Positions 35,176 through 42,702 of a stretch of 42,702 nt of DNA are shown here, piece after piece. Origin of the DNA: Candidatus Moranbacteria bacterium GW2011_GWC2_37_8 (GTDB lineage Bacteria > Patescibacteriota > Minisyncoccia > Moranbacterales > GWC2-37-73); the NCBI GenBank assembly GCA_000992165.1, contig LBTS01000001.1:705-43406 (forward strand), read 5' to 3'. Every line of letters begins with the position of its first letter. The stretch's first letter is position 1. The notes below the pieces were generated by a model. That model was not told the DNA's origin and ran no database searches. It saw only the letters and a program-made list of their open reading frames with translations. The position numbers and the translations under genes were made by a program.

Positions 35176-35760
35176 TTATGCTATTTTCTTATCCACGATC
35201 CCATAAGCCACTGCCTCATCGGCGCTCATGAAATAATCCCTGTCAGTATCTTTTTCAACCTTAGCAATTTTTTGTCCAGTATGTTTTGCTAAAATATTAT
35301 TAAGATTATCTTTTGTCTTAAGAATGTGCTGCGCATGAATATTAACGTCAGAAGCTTGACCACTCGCGCCACCCATAACTTGATGAATCATCACTTCCGA
35401 GTTAGGCAAAACAAATCGTTTGCCCTTCTTTCCAGCGCTAAGCAAAAGAGCAGCAGCAGAGGCCGCCAAACCTATGCAAATAGTCTGAACGTCAGGCCTT
35501 ATATATTGCATAGTGTCATAAATAGCCAGCGCACTACTCACGTTTCCGCCTGGAGAATTGATATATATCTTAATATCTTCCTTGGGATTTTGTTGCTCCA
35601 AAAATAAAAGTTGAGCAATAATAGCATTTGCTACTCCATCATCTATCGGAGTCCCCAAAAAAATTATCCTGTCCTTAAGTAGGCGTGAATAGATATCATA
35701 AGCTCTTTCCCCTTCGTTGGTTTTTTCAATTACAGAAGGAATAAGATAATTGTTATGCAT
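35176..35760 (-). CDS. clpP: ATP-dependent Clp protease proteolytic subunit
   Basis: [31 protein letters not shown]. Confidence 0.97.
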   Translation of the reverse strand: MHNNYLIPSVIEKTNEGERAYDIYSRLLKDRIIFLGTPIDDGVANAIIAQLLFLEQQNPKEDIKIYINSPGGNVSSALAIYDTMQYIRPDVQTICIGLAASAAALLLSAGKKGKRFVLPNSEVMIHQVMGGASGQASDVNIHAQHILKTKDNLNNILAKHTGQKIAKVEKDTDRDYFMSADEAVAYGIVDKKIA

Positions 35761-35872
35761 ACATTAGTCATCAGTCACTAGTCATCGGTCATCAAACGCG
35801 CAAGGATGACTTGATGACTGATTACTGATGACTCTTTAATATTTCAACTTAATTTTAAAATATAACTGTTTT

Positions 35873-37168
35873 CTATTTAATATTCTCCAAATATTCCAAA
35901 ACTTTCTCATTCTGCATCATGCCTTTCACATAATTATACAATTTCCCAAGATCGATATTCTTTTCAACATCCTGAACTTTCTTATATTGAGCTAATGTTT
36001 TATTCATTTCAGCTTCAACTTCTTCGCTTGGAATTTCTATTTCCTGGTCTTTAGCGACTTCCTCCAGTGCCAAAGCTGCTTTAATACGCTTGATAGCTTG
36101 CGGCTCCCACTCTTTCTCAAGCTCATCGATATTTTTTCCGATCTGTTGCAAATATTGATCGAAGGTCATATTCATTCCTTGAAGCTGCATTTCAAATTCA
36201 CCAATCATTTTGTGAAGTTCTTCGTGAATAAGAATATGTGGAAGCTCAACTTCAGTAACCGCAATTAGCGCTTCAATAATTTCCGCTCTTCGTTTTTCTT
36301 TAAGATCGCTTTTCTTTTCCTCTTGCATTCCTTCGCTAACATTCTTTCGCATATCAGCCAAATCCTTGAATTTTCCAAGAGAACGTGCGAATTCATCGCT
36401 AACTTCAGGAGATTTTCGCTCCTCAACAGTATTCACGGTCACAGTGAACTGAGCCGGCTTTCCAGCCAAACCTTTAGCATGATAATCCTTTGGAAAAGTA
36501 AGCTCGAAGTCTTTGATGTCTCCTGCCTTCATTCCAATAACTTGCTCTTCGAATCCTGGAATAAAAACTCCGCGACCAAGAATCATTGGGTGATTTTTGC
36601 TTGTTCCATTTTCGATTGGCACCCCTGATTGCTTAACCTCGAAATCAAGAATAACATTGTCTCCATCTTGTGCTTCTCGATCAACTTTAACATGCTGAAC
36701 ACGGCTCTTCGCAATTTCTTCGATTTCCTTGGTAACTTCTTCTTCTGTAACTTCTGAACCTTTTTTCAAATACTCCTTATTGATTTTCTGAACTGCGCTT
36801 TTGTATGGCTTAAGAGTGGCAGCTGGAATTATGTCAGTTAGAATTTTGTAAACCAACTCATTTCCTTCAGCTAATTTCAAAACCTCTGCTTTTGGAGATC
36901 CAATAGCTTCAATTTTCTTTTCAACAACAACTTTTGGATATGTTCCTTGGACTGCTTTTTGAGCGGCTGCGTCCAAAAGAGCAGCAGTTCCAACTTTCTT
37001 TTCAACCATATCGCGCGGTGCTTTTCCAGCTCTAAATCCTTGGATTTTAATTTCCTTTGAAAAATCTACAGCTGCTTGCTCGATGAATTTTTCCCATTCT
37101 TTCCAAGCAACAGTTACAGTAATCTCTGCTTGTGAATTCGGAAGTTTTTTAATTTCGGAATTAATCAT
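35873..37168 (-). CDS. tig: Trigger factor
   Basis: GFRAGKAP signature, FKBP domain FIPGFEEQ; upstream of clpP. Confidence 0.96.
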   Translation of the reverse strand: MINSEIKKLPNSQAEITVTVAWKEWEKFIEQAAVDFSKEIKIQGFRAGKAPRDMVEKKVGTAALLDAAAQKAVQGTYPKVVVEKKIEAIGSPKAEVLKLAEGNELVYKILTDIIPAATLKPYKSAVQKINKEYLKKGSEVTEEEVTKEIEEIAKSRVQHVKVDREAQDGDNVILDFEVKQSGVPIENGTSKNHPMILGRGVFIPGFEEQVIGMKAGDIKDFELTFPKDYHAKGLAGKPAQFTVTVNTVEERKSPEVSDEFARSLGKFKDLADMRKNVSEGMQEEKKSDLKEKRRAEIIEALIAVTEVELPHILIHEELHKMIGEFEMQLQGMNMTFDQYLQQIGKNIDELEKEWEPQAIKRIKAALALEEVAKDQEIEIPSEEVEAEMNKTLAQYKKVQDVEKNIDLGKLYNYVKGMMQNEKVLEYLENIK

Positions 37169-37262
37169 TTTGTTTAGAATTATGAATTATGAATTATGAA
37201 TTATGAATCATGCATTTTTGAATCAAGGATTTTTCATAATTCTTGATTCTTGATTCATGATT

Positions 37263-38192
37263 CTATTTGCTAAGTTCTTCAGTCAGCTGCGGCACGATTT
37301 GTTTTTTGCGCGAAACCACTCCAGGAAGAGTCATCAATTTGTTTTCAGCTTCTTTGCCAAAAACTTTTTCTGCCAATTCCTTTTCAGCGTCTCCAATTAT
37401 ATACAATTGGCAATTGCCCTGCAAAATATCCACCACCATGAAAAACATGTAGTCCAAATTTTCGAGAGCTTTTTTCTTTTCAAGCGCAGCAAAAATTTCA
37501 TCTTTTTTTATGTTGACACTCTCTGGCAAAGTCGTTTCCCAAGTTCCTATTCCAACATTCTTAGAACCCATTTCAAAAGTTTTGTAATCCAAAGTAATCA
37601 CGTCTTCAATCGAAATTCCTTCCAAGCTTGATTTAGCCTTGAACATTTCAGTTACAAATTCCTGCATATCCAATTTTGCAATTTCATTTAGCTTATCAGC
37701 CAACTTCCTGTCTTCATCAGTCGTAGTAGGACTTGTGAAATTAAGCATGTCAGAAAGAATACCAGACAAAAGCAACTTTGAAGTTACTTCACTAGGAGTA
37801 ATTCCTTTTTCAAAAAACATTTTTGCTATCAAAGATGAAGTTGAACCAATTGGCTCAACTCGCACAAAGATAGGCTTCTCAGTCACGATATTGAGGTTAT
37901 GATGATCAAAAATATATTCTATTTTTCCATAATCGAGACCATCAACAATCTGTGAAGGCTGATTATGGTCAACAATAGCCGCACATTCATCATCTTCAAT
38001 TTTCTCAAAAAGTTTGGGAATTTCAACTTCCAATTTTTCCAGAATAAATTTTGTTTCATTGTTAAGCATACCTGCGCAGTAGGCTTTACTTTCTTTGCCT
38101 AAAACTTTTTCAAAATATTCTTGCGCTGCAATTGATGATACTACTGAATCAGTATCTGGATTTTTATGACCAACTATTATAATCTTTGACAT
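37263..38192 (-). CDS. ppaC: Mn-dependent inorganic pyrophosphatase (family II)
   Basis: GHKNPDTDS, VDHN, DHH, SRKKQ. Confidence 0.95.
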   Translation of the reverse strand: MSKIIIVGHKNPDTDSVVSSIAAQEYFEKVLGKESKAYCAGMLNNETKFILEKLEVEIPKLFEKIEDDECAAIVDHNQPSQIVDGLDYGKIEYIFDHHNLNIVTEKPIFVRVEPIGSTSSLIAKMFFEKGITPSEVTSKLLLSGILSDMLNFTSPTTTDEDRKLADKLNEIAKLDMQEFVTEMFKAKSSLEGISIEDVITLDYKTFEMGSKNVGIGTWETTLPESVNIKKDEIFAALEKKKALENLDYMFFMVVDILQGNCQLYIIGDAEKELAEKVFGKEAENKLMTLPGVVSRKKQIVPQLTEELSK

Positions 38193-38321
38193 ATATTTGA
38201 TTGAATCATGAATTAAGAATCAGGAATCATGTAAAACTCAGAATTCATGAAATAAGAACGAGCAATTAAAGAAAAACTTCAAAGCATGCTTCTTAATTCA
38301 TGATTCATAATTCTTGTGTCT

Positions 38322-39545
38322 CTATTCAGCAGCTTCAACTTCTTCACTTTCTGTGTCATTCTTTTCTATTTCTGTGTTTTTCTGTGTTGCAACTCCAATA
38401 ACATCGATTTTCCAACCGGTTAATTTTGCAGCAAGCCTCACATTCTGTCCTTGTTTTCCAATAGCCAATGAAAGTTGATCCTCAGGAACGCTAACTTTAG
38501 CTTCCTTCCTATCTTCATTCAAGGCCACAGAAACAACTTTAGCTGGACTTATCGCAGCTGCAATATATTTCTCAGATTTTTCATTCCATTCAATGATATC
38601 AATTTTTTCACCTGCAAGTTCTTCAATGATAGCTTGCACGCGCGTTCCTTTCTGTCCGACGCAAGAACCAATCGGATCAATTCCTTCTTCATTTGAATAA
38701 ACAGCGATTTTTGTGCGGGAGCCTGCTTCACGAGCAATTGATTTGATTTCTACTGTCCCGGTAAAAATTTCAGGAACCTCCAATTCAAACAATTTACGCA
38801 CCATATCAGGATGAGTTCTACTAAGTGTGATTCCAGGCCCCTTAGGATCAGATTCTACTTTGTATAGATATACTTTCACTCGTTGTCCCATGCGAAGATT
38901 TTCACCTTGCACTTGTTCAGATGGAAAAAGAACACCAATTGATTTTCCTAAATCAATGTAGACATTTCTTCCTTCAATTCTTTGAACAGCTCCACTCACA
39001 ACTTCTCCTTCTTTACCTTTATATTCGGCAAACATCGAATCACGTTCAGCTTCACGAATTCTTTGAATGATAACTTGCTTAGCAGTTTGAGCTGCCACGC
39101 GACCGTATTCACTTTGTGGTTCAAGTTCAATTTCAATAACATCGCCAATTTTTGCATCTTTTTTCAACTTCTTGGCTTCATCAAGCAAGATATCGCGCTC
39201 AGGATTGTAGCGAGGTAATTTTTCTTCACCTTCAATCAATTCTTCATCAATTTCTTCATCTTCGCCTTCTTCTCCCTCAACAAACTCTCTAAGAGTCTCA
39301 TCAACCACATCTTTGATTAGGAAAAATTTAGCATCTCCTGCAACTTCACTAAATTTTGCATGAATTCGCTGACCACGCTTACCGTAGTCTTTTTTATATG
39401 CCGCAGATAAGGCTGCTTCGATAGTTTCAATAACAACTGCTTTTGGAATGCCTTTTTCTTCTGCAATCTGCATAATTGCACTTCCAAATTCTCCTAGTCT
39501 TGTTCCTTGTTCCTCTTTCTCCTCAGCAACTTTTTTTCGAGCCAT
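38322..39545 (-). CDS. nusA: Transcription factor NusA (start MARKK at 39545)
   Basis: GRVAAQTAKQVI, S1 domain, AREAGSRTK, AIGKQGQNVRLA. Confidence 0.97.
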   Translation of the reverse strand: MARKKVAEEKEEQGTRLGEFGSAIMQIAEEKGIPKAVVIETIEAALSAAYKKDYGKRGQRIHAKFSEVAGDAKFFLIKDVVDETLREFVEGEEGEDEEIDEELIEGEEKLPRYNPERDILLDEAKKLKKDAKIGDVIEIELEPQSEYGRVAAQTAKQVIIQRIREAERDSMFAEYKGKEGEVVSGAVQRIEGRNVYIDLGKSIGVLFPSEQVQGENLRMGQRVKVYLYKVESDPKGPGITLSRTHPDMVRKLFELEVPEIFTGTVEIKSIAREAGSRTKIAVYSNEEGIDPIGSCVGQKGTRVQAIIEELAGEKIDIIEWNEKSEKYIAAAISPAKVVSVALNEDRKEAKVSVPEDQLSLAIGKQGQNVRLAAKLTGWKIDVIGVATQKNTEIEKNDTESEEVEAAE

Positions 39546-39603
39546 ATGAATTAAATTGTTTAATTGTTTAATTGCTAAATTGTTTATACCATACTGATTT
39601 AAA

Positions 39604-39685
39604 ATAAAAGATTCGCATCCCTGCGAATCCATAAACGTCTCTTTCTAACTACAACTATGATAGCATTTATACTACCAATTGTCAA
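39604..39685 (-). promoter_or_regulatory. nusA promoter with a terminator-like leader hairpin
   Basis: TTGACA-17-TATCAT (39685-39657), then GATTCGCA-GGGA-TGCGAATC-TTTTATTTT. Confidence 0.7.
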
Positions 39686-39698
39686 CACAACGTCGTGT

Positions 39699-40044
39699 TT
39701 AAATCTTTAGATTATTGTTTGTATATTTTATTAACGAATTTATTTCCCTAGGCATCTCCTTTAATATCTTAAATATATATTCGTATTCTATTGCTGATAT
39801 GATGTGTCTTTTCTTGCTTTTTTCCAACCAATCCAAGGATTCATATGAAGATGCGCGTGCAATTCGATAAAAAGAAATTTTATCTTTTTTATTATACCTT
39901 CCAAACCCTTCCGCAATATTTGCCGATATAGAATCAATAGCCCTTACGAATTGAGAACCAACAGTGTGTTTGATAATAATTTGAAACGTTAAATGAGATT
40001 TTATATGCATTGATACTATTCAATGTGAGATAGTTTTCAACCAT
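39699..40044 (-). pseudogene. Four-helix-bundle protein (23S rRNA IVP/Avd-like family), frameshifted
   Basis: Core QFVRAIDSISANIAEGFGRY..KDK..FY.IAR.S..E; family-like N-terminus MVENYLTLNSINAYKISFNVSNY (ATG 40044) is in another frame. Confidence 0.75.
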
Positions 40045-40068
40045 TTATCAATTAAACAATATAACAAT

Positions 40069-41361
40069 TTAAAAGAAGTATCCTTGCCCTGCTAATGCAG
40101 CTGCAATAGCCTTTATGATAATGAAGCCTGAAAGACCCACAATAATTCCCATAATTGCGTACATGGCGTTATTCTTGCCATCTTCCATGCGCTTAGAATC
40201 TCCAGCGGCTGTGAGATATTGAATACCAGAAATCACGAAAGCAATCACTGCCAATGTCGTGAAAAGACCCATTAGCCATGAAAATATATTTGATAAAATC
40301 ACGTATATAGGAGCATTTGAAAGACCGGTATTGGTTGGGAAGCAGACTCCTCCGATATCTGCAAAATTAGTTCCGCATTTCGGTGCAGTCACCCTATTAA
40401 CTCCAGCTACGTTCCCGAGTCCTCCACCGGTTGGCGGCGCTATGATATTTAAGTTTGCGCCAGGCAGTTGATTACCATTTGCATCTCTACATTCAGCAGC
40501 CAAAATTCCTCCAGCACACATTACCAAATTTCCTCCACTAGATATACCATCTGCCTGAAAAGATCCGGGAGGATACGTTTGTCCAGTTGCATCCTTTCCG
40601 CTTCCGTCAGAATTAACAACTGTATTTGCAGGAGCTACTGTGCCGTTTTTAAGACTGATAGGCTGAGTTGTTGTTGCAATAGGTCGAGGAGCACTCGGAG
40701 TTATTGTCCCTCCTCCGCTTCCTCCCGTCGAAACTCTTTCACAAGTGGAAACAAAAACTCCCCTACATTCAAATCCTGCACCATAATATCTGTCGCAATC
40801 TGCATTAGTTTTGCATTCTGTCCCATCAAAGAACCCGTCAACCATGCAAGTACCAGTAGAATCACATTTGTATCCATTACCAAATTTTTCTGTGCAATCA
40901 TTATCAATTGAGCATGCGCCAGCATCTGGCTGATCTGTTAAATTCGTATTCGGGTAGCATTGTCCATCTCTACCCTTGTATTCTCCATCAGGGCAAGTTG
41001 TTATAGCTAGATTTTCTTTTGGATAACAATTCCCGTCTCTTCCCATATATTCATCTTCTACACAAACCGTACCTAAATTTTCATTAGGATAGCACTTCCC
41101 ATCCCTGCCCTCGTATTCACCCTCTGGACAATCAAAATCTTGATCACTGCCCTCATAAGGATTAAGATCGGACCATGAATCTTGATCACTATTTGCATAT
41201 GGATCAAAATCTGGATCAGGGATAGACGGATAATATCCGTTTTCTGCACTTGGACCATATGGAACATCTTCCTCGGCTCTCACATTCACAATCCCAGCAA
41301 AAAATACGCTCGAAAAAATAAATATCGAGAACAATAATAAAAATTTATATTTGTTTTTCAT
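40069..41361 (-). CDS. VirB2/TrbC-like pilin with a large Cys-rich repeat ectodomain
   Basis: Signal peptide, three CxxxEYxGRDGxCYP repeats, C-terminal hairpin FVISGIQYLTAAGD...AIMGIIVGL. Confidence 0.75.
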   Translation of the reverse strand: MKNKYKFLLLFSIFIFSSVFFAGIVNVRAEEDVPYGPSAENGYYPSIPDPDFDPYANSDQDSWSDLNPYEGSDQDFDCPEGEYEGRDGKCYPNENLGTVCVEDEYMGRDGNCYPKENLAITTCPDGEYKGRDGQCYPNTNLTDQPDAGACSIDNDCTEKFGNGYKCDSTGTCMVDGFFDGTECKTNADCDRYYGAGFECRGVFVSTCERVSTGGSGGGTITPSAPRPIATTTQPISLKNGTVAPANTVVNSDGSGKDATGQTYPPGSFQADGISSGGNLVMCAGGILAAECRDANGNQLPGANLNIIAPPTGGGLGNVAGVNRVTAPKCGTNFADIGGVCFPTNTGLSNAPIYVILSNIFSWLMGLFTTLAVIAFVISGIQYLTAAGDSKRMEDGKNNAMYAIMGIIVGLSGFIIIKAIAAALAGQGYFF

Positions 41362-41428
41362 TTTTATGTTAAAAATTTTTAATTACCAGTTGCTAGTTAT
41401 AGGTTATTAGTTGCAAGTTGCAAGTTAA

Positions 41429-41911
41429 CTAGAAAGTTTTCGATCCTCCGCCGAGAAGAGCTGCCACAGCCTGCATAATCACAAATCCTGAAAGTCCCAC
41501 GATGATTCCGATAATTGACCAAGTCATGCCATTCTTTCCTTTTTTTGCATTATCTTCGTCAGCCCCGGCCAATAGGTAATAAATTCCTGAAAGCACAAAG
41601 CCTACAATTCCTGCGATTGCAAAAACAGCCAAAAGCCAAAACAAAAGGTTGGAAGCAATTCCCAACAAGCTTCCACTAGGAAGACCGTACGGATTTGTGA
41701 GTGCCCAACCACCGCCATAACCACTGTTTCCGCCACCCCATACATTTCCCGCACCGGATCCACTAGAACCAACTCCGATACTTACTCCGCCAGTCGCACT
41801 ATTATATCCTGCACCCCATTCTGCCAACACTGACCCAGCTGAAAAATAAAAACTGACGATTGCAACTGACAAGATACTGATTCCTTTTTTCAAATACTTT
41901 TTTATGTTCAT
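41429..41911 (-). CDS. VirB2/TrbC-like pilin with a Gly-rich linker
   Basis: Signal peptide, GLPSGSL, FVLSGIYYLLAGAD...SIIGIIVGL. Confidence 0.75.
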   Translation of the reverse strand: MNIKKYLKKGISILSVAIVSFYFSAGSVLAEWGAGYNSATGGVSIGVGSSGSGAGNVWGGGNSGYGGGWALTNPYGLPSGSLLGIASNLLFWLLAVFAIAGIVGFVLSGIYYLLAGADEDNAKKGKNGMTWSIIGIIVGLSGFVIMQAVAALLGGGSKTF

Positions 41912-41921
41912 ATTTCTTTAT

Positions 41922-42021
41922 TGTCATCCTGTCCGCCAGCTGGCGGATTATTCAGGATTCTATTGATTATTTTAGATATTGAAACCCGTCTACCGCCAAG
42001 GCAAACAAGTTCAACATGACA
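41922..42021. repeat. REP-like palindromic element with nested palindromes
   Basis: TGTCAT...ATGACA termini; perfect TCCGCCAGCTGGCGGA at 41932-41947. Confidence 0.6.
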
Positions 42022-42223
42022 TAATTTTAAAAGATATTATTATAACTAAATTATAGCATATTTTTTCACACTGGTATACAATTTTTAGCCATATGCAATC
42101 TTATGATTCTTCTAGATAATTTCCATACAAAAAAACAGCCATTGCTGGCTGCATTCTGCAAAAGACATTCGCATGATTTCTATTTGCATGCTTAAATGTT
42201 TTTATGTTTGTATGATTTTGAAA

Positions 42224-42577
42224 CTAGAAGCTCTTTGAATTACCACCAAGCAAACTTTTTACAGCTTGAATTATAATGACTCCCAAAAGGGCAACGATAA
42301 TACCGATGATAGAGTTGATCATAGTTCTCTTACCGCGATCGATTTGTCCTTCATCTCCAGCAGCAGTAAGATAGATGATACCTGCAATCACGAAACCGAT
42401 AACCCCGAGAATTCCAACAATAATCAATAGCCAATTCATTCCGCTAGTGATGATTCCCAAAAGACTTCCTGCTGGCAAACCTGTTCCTGTCGGTTCCTGA
42501 AATTGAGCAGAAACTGCAGCTGGTGCCAAGGCAACAGCAGAAGTCACTACATAGAAAAACTTTTTTATCTTGTTCAT
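42224..42577 (-). CDS. Minimal VirB2/TrbC-like pilin
   Basis: RBS GGAGGTG before ATG 42577; signal peptide, GLPAGSL, FVIAGIIYLTAAGD...SIIGIIVAL. Confidence 0.8.
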   Translation of the reverse strand: MNKIKKFFYVVTSAVALAPAAVSAQFQEPTGTGLPAGSLLGIITSGMNWLLIIVGILGVIGFVIAGIIYLTAAGDEGQIDRGKRTMINSIIGIIVALLGVIIIQAVKSLLGGNSKSF

Positions 42578-42702
42578 ATTCGCACCTCCTTTCGCCAAAT
42601 TTCTCAAAATCTAAGATTTTGCAAGAAATTTGAGCGTCCGCCAATTTTTCTAACAACAATTCGCAAGCAAATAGCAAACGAGACGAAGTCGGAACCCGTG
42701 AA

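Noticed and set aside
3327..41267. Numerous short ORFs antisense to or nested in the called genes
   Set aside because: Shadow ORFs of well-supported genes with no recognisable motifs.
39699..41361. Diversity-generating retroelement (Avd-like gene next to a surface protein)
   Set aside because: No reverse transcriptase and no template/variable repeat pair with adenine-specific mismatches was seen.
1..42702. Alternative genetic code (TGA read as Gly)
   Set aside because: Conserved genes are full length in code 11, and some end at TGA (for example pilM and pilN-flanking pilus genes).

Overview
AT-rich chromosomal window in the standard genetic code. Gene content and order suggest a Patescibacteria/CPR (Parcubacteria-like) bacterium; this is inference, not a database result. 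From left to right: a partial VanW-family gene; four tRNAs (Lys-CTT, Arg-TCT, His-GTG, Arg-TCG); a minus-strand type IV pilus cluster (pilB, pilC, three minor pilins, pilM/N/O) behind a histidine kinase and receiver pair; ychF, thiI, an ECF sigma with a membrane partner, oligoendopeptidase F, alr and nth; an accessory region (about 22.0-29.0 kb) built around tRNA-Pro(TGG); then a CHASE4-PAS sensor, HU, rny, gpmI, clpP, tig, ppaC, nusA, a frameshifted four-helix-bundle gene and three VirB2/TrbC-like pilins. The main finding is a tandem array of cassettes at the 3' end of tRNA-Pro, apparently built by a large serine recombinase whose attachment site lies inside its own 3' end. The integrated gene finishes in antisense tRNA, and an in-frame alternative tail sits 4.1 kb away. 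Recombinase-free mini-cassettes (one carrying an AbiE toxin-antitoxin pair) are bounded by copies of the same att/C-terminus sequence, giving an integron-like arrangement. The window also holds several families of small structured intergenic elements.
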